This document shows positions 12,158 to 23,800 of a DNA stretch of 64,000 bases, in pieces (position 1 is the first letter of the stretch; each line of letters opens with the position of its first letter). The notes under the pieces were generated by a model. It had not been told where the DNA came from. It was given only the letters and a program-made list of their open reading frames with translations, and did not search any database. Source of the DNA: Eutreptiella sp. 'Long Island Sound 2002' (lineage: Eukaryota > Protista > Euglenida); NCBI GenBank assembly GCA_964036045.1, contig OZ038378.1, forward strand, positions 187,426,001 to 187,490,000, in the 5' to 3' direction. The position numbers and the translations under genes were made by a program.

Positions 12158-12683
12158 GGCGGGGTGTCTGTGGGCTGGGCTTCTGGTCGTGGGCATGGGC
12201 ATGTGTGGGTGGGTGGGTGGGTGTGCGGAGGGGGGGGGGGGGGCACAAGGCATGACCAGCGAAAACCCCAGTGGCCTTCGCAGCTGAGGATGCAACCCAA
12301 ACTGCGGGGAGACTCTGTAAGGTCTATGTTCGTCCCCTCTCCACCCCCTTTGGGAGCCGTTTTTGGTCAGCCAAATTTCGCCATTTGTCATTGTGTGTGT
12401 TTGGGGGGGGGGGGGGCGGCACCACCAACCCCTCTCACATCCGCGCATGCACCGTATCACGACATGCAATGCACAGAGTGTGCAGTGTGCAAAGTCCGCG
12501 GTGCGCAGCGTGCGGGCTACGTAGTCTGGATTTTTTTTTATGATGCGGTGTGCCCCCCCCCCCCCGTATTCAATTATTGGCTGGGTCACACTTCTGCTAT
12601 TCACTTTCCAATGGTTGTGCATTGTTGTGCATTGCATTGTCCAACGGCCTTGTGTCCCTCCCCCCCTCCCCCCGTTGCGGCAG

Positions 12684-13140
12684 GTACGCGGCCCTGCACT
12701 GGCGGGCCGGCATACTGGCCCCGTCGCAGTTCCCCGTGTGCGTGCGCACTGTGGAGGCGCGCGTGCGACGCCTCCTGGCGCGGAACTGCAGCACCGTCCT
12801 GCTGGTGACGGACCTGCCCAGCCCGGCCACGGGGTACCACCCGCTGTGGGACCTCCGGGATTTCAACACGAGCCACAAGTACGTGGCGCCGCGCGTGCAG
12901 GCGGCGCAGCAGCTGCAGCGGCTGGCGCAGGTGGTGCGATACGTGGACGTGGTTGGGACGGGGCAGGACCTGGGGGTGGTGGCCGTGGTGGAGCTCATGC
13001 TGGCGCTGCACGCGGCGGAGCTGGAGCTGTGCGGGATCCCGGAGTGCTCCAAGTGCACGCGGCCGCACTCCAAGTACACGGAGGAGCTGCGGCAGCGGCG
13101 CGAGCAGCTGGGCTTGCCGTTTTCGAAGAGCTGGCTCTGA
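12684..13140 (+). CDS. O-fucosyltransferase-like protein, exon 3 of 3
   Basis: Acceptor GCAG at 12683 gives in-frame R-YAALHWR (HxR motif). Also LVTD and DLGVVAVVELMLALHA...SKYT, the C-terminal O-FucT pattern. Stop TGA at 13138-13140. Confidence 0.85.
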
Positions 13141-13480
13141 GAGTGCGGGCTGTGCATTGGGGATGTGCTGAGTGGTGGGTCGGCCCGAGCGGGGGGGGGG
13201 GGGGGGCTTTGGGGAATCTTGGCTGGGTAGGTGGTCCAGCACACCGTCTCCGGTAGGTGCGGTGTATTTCTTGCTCTTTGGGTTCATCGACAAATCGATG
13301 CGGTGCAGATGCACAGAGCCAACCCCTCATCAAGGCCATCATTCCCACCCGCTCCGCCGGCACAGGCTGCTGCATAGACTGCTGCCCGGCCTTCCACAGA
13401 GGCTGATGCACGAACTGGTGCGCAGTGTCGCCCATACTTGACAGTGACAGCGTCTGTTTTGTCAAGTGGGTGGGTGGGTG

Positions 13481-13708
13481 CAGAGATGCATTGGAAGGGG
13501 GGGGGGGGGGCAGAACGCCCCCCCCCCCCCCCCTTCGAGGGCGCCCAGCCTGTGCCCAGCCACTGTCTCACTGACGGCAAGTGCCGGCTTCAATGGCGTC
13601 TGTAACGGACAGTAACCGCCCCCAACCGCTTTGGCAACCTCCTCTAACCGCCTATCTGACCGCTTCTCGGGCCGCCTCTGAGGTCCCTTCCCTTCTAATG
13701 CATCCTTG
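13481..13708. mobile_element. 228-bp hAT-type MITE with CAG-initiated TIR
   Basis: Left end CAGAGATGCATTGGAAGGG; reverse complement of right end CAAGGATGCATTAGAAGGG (16/19 identical). GGTGGGTG flanks both sides (13473-13480, 13709-13716), but within a GGGT tract. Confidence 0.8.
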
Positions 13709-14654
13709 GGTGGGTGGGTGGCCAACAGGCCCGCCCCCCAATCCCTTCCTCCCCAAGTTGAAGTGGTGCGACGCTGTCGCAGTGATTGTCTTCCTATATC
13801 TGCCGGCATTGACACAGGACAACCAGGGCAGGGGGGGCACACGAAGCCAGCAGTGGCGCCACTCCATCAGGCCTCCTGAGCTTTCAATCGGTGTGCTGTA
13901 GAGGAGCACGACGGGAGAAGGGCCCCACAACCCATAAACAAACCCCAAACCCTCATCTGGGCGTCGGACGTCTTGGGGTTGGTGAGTTTTCCTGACACTT
14001 CCCCCATCCCCCCGGAGGGTCACGGTTACTATTAGCATTCAATCTCGCCCTACTATATCCCTAAGCAAGTCCCCCCCCCCGCCAGCAGCCTGATGGGGTG
14101 GGGGGGTCGCCACTGGGATCATTGATGCTGTGGTTGACTCACTCTGTTTTGCCCTGGAGCGGGTGTGTTTTCGATTCCCGAGGGGGGGGGGAGCTGGATA
14201 GAGGCACCGGGCTGGACCCCCCCCCCATCCCTCCTCAAAAACGGCTCAAGTGACGGGACCAAAACCAACCCACGACTTTCTGTGGTCGCAATGGAGGTCT
14301 GGGTCACGGGTCACCAACACCCCAGCGCCCCGGACAGCCACGTTCCTCTGGTTGAGAGAGCTGTACCACGCCACCTCTCTGTTCCACCCACAGGCCACCC
14401 GTCTTACTGTTTGTTACACAAAGGTACCTATCGCCACTGGCGGGCCCTTTGTGTATGTCATGCAATGCTGCATTGTGTTTGCCTCGCTTCGGGGGGGGGG
14501 GGGGAGGATGTCCGTGACGTGCACGGCGTGTAGAGGTGCCCCCCCCCCCCCTCACCCTTCACTTTCTGTTATCAGCGTCACTGGATGGCTTTGTAAAGCA
14601 AAGAGCTCCGGGGGGCGTGGCCGACACTTCGTCTGGCCGTCATACCAATCCTCG

Positions 14655-14775
14655 TCATCTTCCCTCCACCGCCCCGTTTGTCAAGCCCCCGCCCCCATTT
14701 GAGCTCGTTTCTGGGGGGAAGGGGGCCGTTGGAGCCTCAGGGGGGCGGCACACAGCGGGGATGTACGTAGCGTAG
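14655..14775 (-). CDS. Hypothetical protein A, terminal exon
   Basis: Acceptor CCTCTCCCCAG (phase 2). Reads YATYIPAVCRPPEAP...GAVEGR, then stop TGA at 14657-14655. Confidence 0.55.
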
Positions 14776-15005
14776 CTGGGGAGAGGCTGTGCGCGGCGCA
14801 GAGTGTACACAGGGGGGCTGCGCACAGGGGGGACTGTCTGCCCCGGGTCAGGAGTGATCGTTGCATTTTAATGAAGCCGGGCAGTCCAATGGTGTGAGGA
14901 GGTGTGTGTGTTGGAAGGGGCCGACTAGGTCCCATACAGAGAGAGAGATCGGGGACCGGCAGGTAAAGGGACGGGGCCCCATGTTATGACTTTATGATGC
15001 TATAC

Positions 15006-15134
15006 GCTTGCCTGAGAATGCGAATGACGTTGGACTCTGGGTCGCCCTCCTCATCGGCACTGCACAAACTTCCAAAGTTGCGCACGGCCACCCCGTTCTC
15101 CCCTTCGCTCTTGGCCAAAGCACAGTTCCTCGCA
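15006..15134 (-). CDS. Hypothetical protein A, internal exon
   Basis: Codon-biased frame ARNCALAKSEGENGVAVRNFGSLCSADEEGDPESNVIRILRQ. Phase-2 acceptor; phase-2 donor GTATAG at 15005 (alternative GCAAGC donor at 15011). Confidence 0.55.
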
Positions 15135-15211
15135 CTGGTTCAGTTTAGAGGCTTGGTGATTTGGCGCTGCCTGATTGCATCTGTGTTGGTGGCTTCTGGG
15201 GAGTGATCTAC

Positions 15212-15264
15212 TCCTCGTTCACTCCGAGCGCAATGCTCCTTTCTTTGCGACTATGCTTCACGTT
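15212..15264 (-). CDS. Hypothetical protein A, internal exon
   Basis: TTGCAG acceptor, phase 0. Reads NVKHSRKERSIALGVNE. GTAGAT donor, phase 2, followed by a 77-nt intron. Confidence 0.5.
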
Positions 15265-15462
15265 CTGCAACGCTTATTTTGTGGCGCTTGCGCATTGATG
15301 TGTGCTTCCGTAGGCCACAGTCCATACCACAGCCCCGATTCCTTGCGAGAGCAGGTGTTTTAGGCCATGCTTCATCCACATCCCGCCCTGACTCTGCCCA
15401 TCGCGTGCATCTACCCACCGCAGAGCGCCAGCGGACGCCTCATTGCCAGCTCTCGTTCTTAC

Positions 15463-15648
15463 CATCCCAGTCCATAGTCCATGGACTGAGGGTCTGTCCT
15501 GACCATAATCACGCTTTCCTGGCGCAACGCCCATATCCTTGTCCAACACAGACCCCGAGCGGAGGGAGGGGAGACTCTGCCCATGAATGGCCCCAAATGC
15601 ATGCACCAGAAACGGGGAGGGCGTCTCGACCAAAGTGCGTGGTATATT
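15463..15648 (-). CDS. Hypothetical protein A, internal exon (5' boundary uncertain)
   Basis: Strong donor ATG|GTAAGA at 15462, phase 0, matching the next exon. Open frame ETPSPFLVHAFGAIHGQ...HGLWTGM. Confidence 0.45.
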
Positions 15649-18343
15649 CTGAGAGTGTACTTAGATTCTGAGACTGTCTTGTACTGTTGCAGAACTGTTG
15701 CAGGTTCATCAAAAGAACAATGCATGCATTTGCTCCCACATGCTGGCCTGTTGGCTTACGACCACCGCACAACTTGCTGCCCCCGGGGTTAGCGTGCCCT
15801 CTTGCATGGAGCATGATGCTTGGAGGGGTTGTGTGACACAGGTGCGGGGGGGGAAGGGGTAATGTTATCCACGTTCAGTAACGTGGCGTCTGGGTACGAA
15901 GTTCGTCAGGGCGCACAAGGGAGATGCTCTAAAGGCCCTGTGCAGGATACTGACCTGACACCCTCCCGCATAAATGGCTGTCAAAGGAGATGCACCCTGG
16001 TCCAACCCATGCATGCACCTGAACGTGCTGTTCTACATGCACATGTGCGGGAGGCGAAGGACTGGGTAGGGAGATGGTCATATGCACCAGTGCACTGACC
16101 ACGGAACCCCCACCCCAGCAGGGGCTGCGAGGGGAGGGGTGAAATAAAGTTTAATGCTGTTTGGATCCTTAATGATTTGGCCGATACGACCCGCCACATG
16201 GAGAGACAGAAACTGTGGGCCAAAACAGTGGCTTGTGGAGCTACATTGTGCACACACCTGCGGTCACGCGTTATTTTGAGAAACGCTCATCTCGGCCGGG
16301 GGGGGGGGGGGTTTCCAGGACATGCAGCTTTTCGTTGTGCACAAGGATCAGAAGCGACTGATCCGTTGTTTTGATGACGATCAATGCGGTTGTCAGAACA
16401 TCCCAATTTTGCTCTCCTGACCATTTTGGGTGTCCTTTCTAGCAACACAATTCCAGTCGTGGGGCAGAAGGGCCAAGGGCTATTTAAGGAAACTTTGGCA
16501 CTCTACCGGGACATATGCAAATGTGAAAGGTTCCAGCCTCAAAATGCCCTTTGGACACGGCCCCCCATCATATTTGTAGAAAATGGTTTTTGACCTATTT
16601 TTGACCCGCTTTGCCCCGTTGCCACCCTACGCTAGCCTCGTGCTTGTGCCTTTACCTCAAAGCGATTTGGGTTGCCAAGTTGTTGCCAAGTGATTGTGGT
16701 TGCCAAGTTTGAGGTTGTGCAAAACCTCCTGAATGCAGGTGCAACGTGCATTTGATGCTATTTGATGCGGAGTTGTGACGCATCTTTCTGCCCCGTACAA
16801 GTGTCGCACGGTCCAAGAATAAGGTAAGGTGGTAACAAGCACAGGAAGACGTGTCTATCAGGGCCCGGCACAGGGTTTGCATGAGGCTGAGGTAGCAACC
16901 AATACCCAGCCCTGAGCCTCCCTTCTCAGTGTGCAAAGTGTATGGGAGGGACCAACGTGCGTGTTGGATGCCCTCCCATGCTCATCGAATCAGCACGCAG
17001 TCGGCAGTACCACCCAGACCCAAGCAGAGAAAGGGCCCAAAGGCCAATCACAGGTCTGAACAACCGGCAGCTGGGCCAGATTACCAGTAGATGGTCGACA
17101 CACATGACGTAGACGGTAGAGTACAATCCACACATCCAGTGCTGTACAACAGATGCATTCCTTTGGCCACTCACTTCAAGCAGAAGAACCAGCATGTTGC
17201 TGCTTGGGGATGTAGGGGGTGATGGGACTGTCCCCGTATGACCCCCCTTCGCAGCGGTGGGCCCATTGTAGTACAATTCTGAGGTTCGTGACAGCGATGA
17301 CGAGTTAGTGGAGTGGGAAGAAGGCGGTCCGTCGACGAAGGATGAGACTATTTGTTGCATTGAAGCCACATTCACCGCTGGACTAAGCCTTCCTTGCCCA
17401 AAAAGAAGCCCTGAAATCCCTGAACCAGCCCCTCATTACTTTGATCCCAGTCGAAAATCAGGACCTCCAACAGGTCGCTCCGTGCTACGCCGCCCTCCGA
17501 TGGCCCAGCACCCGTCGCTGTGGGCCCCACATTCCCGCCTAAGGGCATGCCATCTCTTTTTGTTGAAGAGGTTCCGGAGATGGTGGTTGACCCCCAATGG
17601 CCAGTGGACTAGGTGAATTGCCCCGAGAATCCACTGAAGTCGTGGCGTTCCGTTACGCCCCACTGCTCAAGCAGCTCTGCCGGGCGACTGTGGAGACCTA
17701 CCTGTACAATGAGAGGGAGAAACTATGCCAGGGAGAAACAATTGTTCACAGCATGCTGTAAACGGATGTTTCGGGTATGGGTCATTCTGTTATGTGCAAC
17801 AACCTGGGAGTACTTTCATAAAGCCCTTGTGTGTTTAAATAGAATGCCTCTTCAATGGACAGCAATCATCAAATGCCTTAATGGTTCTTGATCTTCCTCC
17901 ATTGTGAGAATTGCGACTGTGCTCAGCACTGCAAGCGCCATCAAACACATCAAATGGCAGCGAGACCCAACTACAAAACGGTGCATGGGGCACTGCACAC
18001 ACCACACACCGTTTAGACATTTTCATCGGGAAATGGCCCCATTTTTTTCCTTGGGCGCATGAAAAGAGGGGTATAGGGGGCGTTTTCCCACAGTGCAGGC
18101 AGCACAGGCACAGCGCCAGTTATTACAGTGTTTATCCTAGGAACACCCTAAAAACCACCCACCTACAGAAGCGTGCATTCCTAGTGTACCAGCAGGGGTT
18201 GCAGGGTGCAGAATTCAGCACCCTAGGACCCCTGGCAAGCATCAGACCAAAAGAAAAAATCCTGGTCTGCCAGCAGGGGCTGAGCAGGGGCTGCAGGGTG
18301 CAGTATTCAGGACCTTGGCAAGCATCAAGACACATACCGGTAC

Positions 18344-18817
18344 TTATATGTTGCGGTTTGTTGAAACAGACGCTGCCAGCAGTCAGGCAGAAGCTCGAGA
18401 AGTGTGGAAGACTGCTCATTATTGAGCCCTGGAACGAGAACATGGAGAGAATCAACCTGAAGGATGCACTGGAGCACTGTGTCTTTGTGTTTTGCTATTT
18501 TTGCCTGCTTATGGGGGCGCAGCGTGCGCTATGGTATACCCTTGATTAGTACCCGGGGGGGGGGGGATCACTTTGAGTTTTCCAATTTTGATTAGAAGTT
18601 GCATATTGAGCTTCTCCTGTGTGTTTACTGGTTGGACAGGGCAGTGTTATTGGTGCATTGCTACCAGCACTCTGGTACTGTGGTGGCGCGTGACTTTGCC
18701 CTTTTAGCACGCATGTCTCCCCAGCACTCCCTCAACCGCATGTGCAGCTCTTCAAAGTCAAATACTTGCGCCAGGAAAAGCGGCACACAGTGCCTGTCTT
18801 TCAGTAGAGCTGAACAC
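18344..18817 (-). CDS. Candidate upstream exons of hypothetical protein A (18679-18817, 18344-18528; also 15883-15937)
   Basis: Splice phases chain consistently and frames are open (LLKDRHCVPLFLAQVFDFEELHMRLRECW), but 18370-18478 is also coding-like on the + strand. Confidence 0.3.
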
Positions 18818-19234
18818 CTATCCCAACAGGCAGTTTCCCGGTCATTTTAAGTGGATCATATGCCCTCGTGCTTGCATGTCTTGCTTCATGTCAGGGGTCC
18901 GTTGTGTTGTGTGTGTGTGTGGGGGGGGGGGGGGGGGCTGTCATTTTGGGTATGTTCCCCTGGGGGTGCGGGGATACCCGCAGGTCACATGCAGGCGGGG
19001 GGGGTTTACATGTGTATGCCTTGCAGGTTTCATTTGTTTGTGGAGTATGGGTAGCGGGCCGATTGGCTCTTGCTGTGCAAACTGATTTCAACTGCGTCAC
19101 TGTTTCGTGGTGATACAATCACAAACGGTAGTTTCTGCCCTTTTTGAGTGTTCATGTTTTCTCTCACCCAGAAATACAAAATGGCTGATTTGTTGGCAGA
19201 ACAGTAGCCACAGCCGACCGTACGTGTTGCAGAC

Positions 19235-20965
19235 ATGGACCACACCGATGCCGTGGAGAGGCGGTGGTCGAGTCACTCCGCCAGGAAGTCATTGCATTCT
19301 TCATTTAGTTCGAACCCCCGATGGCGCCATCGCCTGCCGGACAAGCCTGGCTGCCTGGACCTCTTGGCTTATCCCTTCCTGAATGTGAGGGCCTGGCTCC
19401 GCCTGCTCTGTGATAACTACTGCGCGAAGTTCATTCTGATGCTGACGTTTGGGGAGCACCTGCTCAAAGGATTCGTCGCTGGAGGAGGCGGGGGAGGGCT
19501 GCTGACCACAGAACGCATCATGTACCGTGGTCATCTCTCGTTTGAGAGGCAGCAGGTGTATTTCGCAGTGACCGGCCTTGCATGGGCCTTGAAGCCGTTG
19601 TTCAGCGTCATCGCCGACGGCTTCGTGATAATGGGCTACCGTAGGGCCCCTTGGATTGTAATCACGGCACTGATGGCCACAGCGGCATATGTTGCGCTGG
19701 TGACGCTCCCGCTGCCCCCAGTGTTACTTTGCGTCGCGTTCCTGATCGTCAAAGTAAACGTATCGTGTACCGACATCATTCTGGAGGGCCAGTGGACGGA
19801 GAAGTTGTCCTCAAAGCCCCAGTTGGCCCCGGATCTGTTGTCTTGGGTGTACATGGGCATCAGCCTGTGCTCTATCCTTGGCGTAGTGGTCGCGGGCCCC
19901 GGGATCGACCGCTATGGCGAGCAAATCCTGTGGGTCTGCATCCCGTTCCCGGTCCTCTGCGCAATTGGCGCGGCCTTGGGGTTCACCACAGAAGCCCGCC
20001 AAACAAAGACATGCGGAATCATGAGGGAGGCCATCTCAAAGTACCGGAACTTCTTTCTCTGCGCCATCATTGCCTCGGTCTGTGTCCTGGGCACTGCCGT
20101 CCTGAATCTGGTCCCAGGTCTTGGGAAGAACTGGAACTTCGGGCTGTCCATGCTCCTTGTGTGTGTGGTGTGCATCGCACACGTGGTGCTGCTGCCGGGG
20201 GAGATCTGGAAGCCGTGCCTCTACCTCTTCATCTCCAACGCTCTGTCTCTGGACTACGCAAGTCTGACGTACAGTTTCTATTTGGACGACCCCGAAGGGC
20301 TGCAGAGGGCCAAATGCCCGGATTTCTGCCCCCATTTCCCGGCCTGGTTCTTTGTTACCGTCATTAACATCGTCGACGCGCTGTTTGCGTTTCTGGGGTC
20401 GTGGCTGTTCAACAAGACCATGTCCGGCTGGACGTACCGAAAGGTGCTGGTGGTGAGTCAGTTGCTGGTGATGGTGGCCAGCACCTCCGATGCCATTCAG
20501 TTCTCGAGGGTCAACAGAGCGCTGGGGATTCCGGACGAGGTCTTTCTCTTGGGCAAAAGCGCCACCGCGAGCACGTTCTACATGATGAGCTTCATGCCCA
20601 TCACCATTTTGATCTCGCAGACCTGCCCCGAAGGAGTGGAGACCCTCACTTTCGCGCTGATGGCGGGCATCTGCAACTTCGGCGCGGCCGTTTCAGGCCT
20701 GATCAGCTCCTTTCTGATGCAGTTCCTGGACTTGGTCAACACCGAAGACATGGAGACGTGGAACTTCGACAACGCCTGGCTGCTGGCGCTGCTTGGGTCG
20801 TGCCTGCCCGTGATCACGCTGTCCATGCTCCCGTGGACCATCCCGGACGCACGCATGAAGGAGTCCCTGCGGAAGGCGGGTCCTGCCGCGGCTGAGTCCG
20901 AGAAATCAGAGCTTCTACGCGCGGAACCGTCGGATAAGGGGGAGGTGGAGACGGGCGGTGCGTAG
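19235..20965 (+). CDS. BT1: BT1-family folate/biopterin (pteridine) transporter, MFS; intronless, 576 aa
   Basis: About 12 hydrophobic segments. Motifs EHLLKGFV, WALKPLFSVIADGF..GYRRAPW, PDLLSWVY, PHFPAWF and CPEGVETLTFALMAGICNFG typical of euglenozoan BT1/FT proteins. TTGCAG immediately precedes AC-ATG. Confidence 0.93.
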   Translation: MDHTDAVERRWSSHSARKSLHSSFSSNPRWRHRLPDKPGCLDLLAYPFLNVRAWLRLLCDNYCAKFILMLTFGEHLLKGFVAGGGGGGLLTTERIMYRGHLSFERQQVYFAVTGLAWALKPLFSVIADGFVIMGYRRAPWIVITALMATAAYVALVTLPLPPVLLCVAFLIVKVNVSCTDIILEGQWTEKLSSKPQLAPDLLSWVYMGISLCSILGVVVAGPGIDRYGEQILWVCIPFPVLCAIGAALGFTTEARQTKTCGIMREAISKYRNFFLCAIIASVCVLGTAVLNLVPGLGKNWNFGLSMLLVCVVCIAHVVLLPGEIWKPCLYLFISNALSLDYASLTYSFYLDDPEGLQRAKCPDFCPHFPAWFFVTVINIVDALFAFLGSWLFNKTMSGWTYRKVLVVSQLLVMVASTSDAIQFSRVNRALGIPDEVFLLGKSATASTFYMMSFMPITILISQTCPEGVETLTFALMAGICNFGAAVSGLISSFLMQFLDLVNTEDMETWNFDNAWLLALLGSCLPVITLSMLPWTIPDARMKESLRKAGPAAAESEKSELLRAEPSDKGEVETGGA

Positions 20966-23439
20966 GGGACCTGCGTTGTGTTTGATACTGCACCCACGTG
21001 GCGCCGGGACAGAGGGGGTCTCTGTTGAGTCGAGGGGTTGGGCATCGCGTTCACAAGTCCCCTGCGAGTTGGCCATCCCGCCCCTCCTTTGAATGGCGCC
21101 CGCCCTTGCGCAGCGCAGGAGATGGGGCCCATCGTTTTGCCTCGAAGGGGGGCACAAAACAGTCATTTGGCAGATGCCACTGCAATTGAAGGGCTGCCGT
21201 GACCACGCCCTCCCACCATCCCCCTTGTTTTCCGCATGGTGCACGATGGTGTGGTGTCGCTGGCGCCCCTTGACACAGGTGTCACAGGTGTCATGATTAT
21301 ATATGCGTTGACTTGCACCCTTGGGCACTTCAAATGCTACCGAAAAAGAGAGAAATAATGCCCACACCAGACCGCTTGTCTACCATCCAAAATGTTGAGG
21401 CCAATTTGAATGAAAGAGTGCAGAAAAAGAGTCCTCGCGTGGGGTGCATTCTACGCACACTGTGTGTGCATTAGGCCATTTTCATATCGCTGCTCGGCGT
21501 TTAATTGCACCCTGCCCCAGGACCTTTTGCAGAGCAATAGGAAGTGGGGTACCGTGTGCCAGGCTGCACCCGTTCCTGATTGCTCTTGATCACAGGGACC
21601 AACCAAAGGGAATTATGCCCTGAAGCTGCAACCGGCGGGGAAGCCCCTGCATATACTTCTTCACTTAGAGTGGGGGATCAAAGGCAGTGCAGCGTGGGGG
21701 GAGGAAGGGCGGACGCACGTCTAGGGTAATGCGTCAGCGGGGATATCGCATAAAGACTCGTTTGTAGAGGTGCTGGCAATGGGATTGATGGGGGACCTCT
21801 TTTTGGGGCAGTGGGTTCCCTCTCCAAAAGAGGTATATGATAAGGAATCTATGCACTAGCACACGAGGGCAGGAGGAAATACAGTGCGTACGCTAGGGTG
21901 TGTCGAGAGGCTGCGGGGGCAGCAGAGGGAGCACTGAAGACCTAGTTCTGTACGATGGGTCAGAAGCCTCCTCGAGGAATCGAAGGTCAACGCAGTCAGA
22001 GTTATCGGTGCCATCGGTTGTGGGAGGGTTGGAGCATGAAAAGGACTGTGGGTGCAGGGCTACTTGCATGTGTTCAATCTCATCACAGTTGTCACCGGAG
22101 ACCTTCAGTAAGATCGGAACCTTCGTTCAAGGGTCCAGAGGCAACGAGGGCCAAGGAGTGCAGGGTGCATGGCAGCGTGACCTTCCTGTATGGGAGGTTG
22201 GTTGGGTTGTTGAAAGCCTATGCACTTTGCTGCTGTCTTTGTGGCGACCTGACAACGCTCAGCTCAATGGTATGGTAAGGTAGCAAGAACGCTGATGTGG
22301 TTGCAAATGAATTGTGCCCCCCCCCCCCCCCCCTCCACTTGAAGCCGAAAAGCAGGACTTTGGGGGCATTTCTCAGTGGCACCAGGATGTTTTTTCAGCA
22401 CCTTAGGCGTACATTGACGAGGGTTGCTTCGCGCATCTACCCAATGCCATCTCTGTTCCAGATACCATGTTCCAACGTTCGTTGATGGTGTATTTCAGCT
22501 CCCCGCCTGACTGCTGCCCCTTTACACAGGATGTCATGAATACAATCTTGTATTTTCAAGTGAAAGACAGACTCATAGATACAAGAGGCATACTATGACA
22601 TGACTATGACAAAGCAATTTCAGCATTTCGTTGTTTCAGTGTTTCATTGTAGCCATGGTCACCTTTCAAAGGTTTGTAACAGTAATGGCAGAAATGGCAC
22701 CACACCACCATGAGGTGTGCTGCTGGCTGCATGAATTATTGCCAATGCAGCCAATTGTAGGGGCGTGTGATGGGCAGCACAGCTGCCACACACCCAGAGC
22801 CGTTTTGCAGCCCCAGCATATGTGCACTGTACCTGCACCAGTGGCATCAGCCCACACCACACCCACAAAGACAAACCTGCTCCCACAACACCACTTTCTA
22901 CTTCAAAAACACCAAGATTCGATTTGCTGATGGGCCACTGTCCGATACTTTTTCTCAACACTGTTTTCCTCTGCTTGGGGCACATTCCCGCCCGGAGGGT
23001 CTCCTTTGACCCCCACCCTGGGAGGCCCCAGTTGGATAGCAGGAAACCACAGTGCCAAAAAAAAAACCCCTCCCTTTAGTGGTAGAGCTGTCACATTGTG
23101 GCCGCCTGAGGGTGTCACACTTCTTGATGCGCCTGCTCTATGAGACCTGGGGCGTGATGCCCTTGATTGCAGTACACATTTGGACCCTTTCAATTGCACG
23201 GTCTGCATGCCGCCCATTGGTGCATTTTGCACCCAGCAATAACTTGCACAGTATAACCCCCTCCTCCACCACCACTTATAACCCCGGGGGGTTATAAGAT
23301 TCTAGATGAAAAATCTATTGCCTTTGGCAAGGCACGTCGAAGAGAGATGACTAACTGTTGGCTGGAGGCACGCTTGGGGGCAGGGAGGAGGTCATAGGGG
23401 CGTTCAGGGGGCCCATGGCCCAGCCACAAGTTCTGCTAT

Positions 23440-23800
23440 CGGTCCCACAGCTTGACCCATGCAGATATAGTACCTATGCTGACATGACAGTCACCCGGCG
23501 GAGCCGTACTTGTGCTACAGTGTGCAGGCTGGGGAGCGCCGTGGCAATGAACACGTCTCCGATGATTGAAGCATCCTCCCCCCTTCAGAACACTCTCCTG
23601 ACAAGAATTTGAATGCACACAACATATGCTCCGGGAGGGAGCAGGATATTTGAGCCTGACCGTACACCCAGGCCACGAATCGTTCGATAGTGCAAGCTGC
23701 AAACTCAAGGCAACATCTTCCCTAACTTCACCAAAACCAACAGCATACATACTCTTTCGTTGGCTTTGGCCATGGGTTTGGAACCTTTTGCCCATATGGC
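23440..23800. mobile_element. Decayed retroelement-like coding fragment
   Basis: Stop-interrupted coding-like frames with no splice-compatible partner exons. Class not determinable. Confidence 0.25.

Noticed and set aside
10914-12255. Long ORFs of 396 and 316 aa
   Set aside because: They lie within intron 2 of the O-FucT gene across interspersed repeats, have low-complexity translations, and part is duplicated at 31142-31664.
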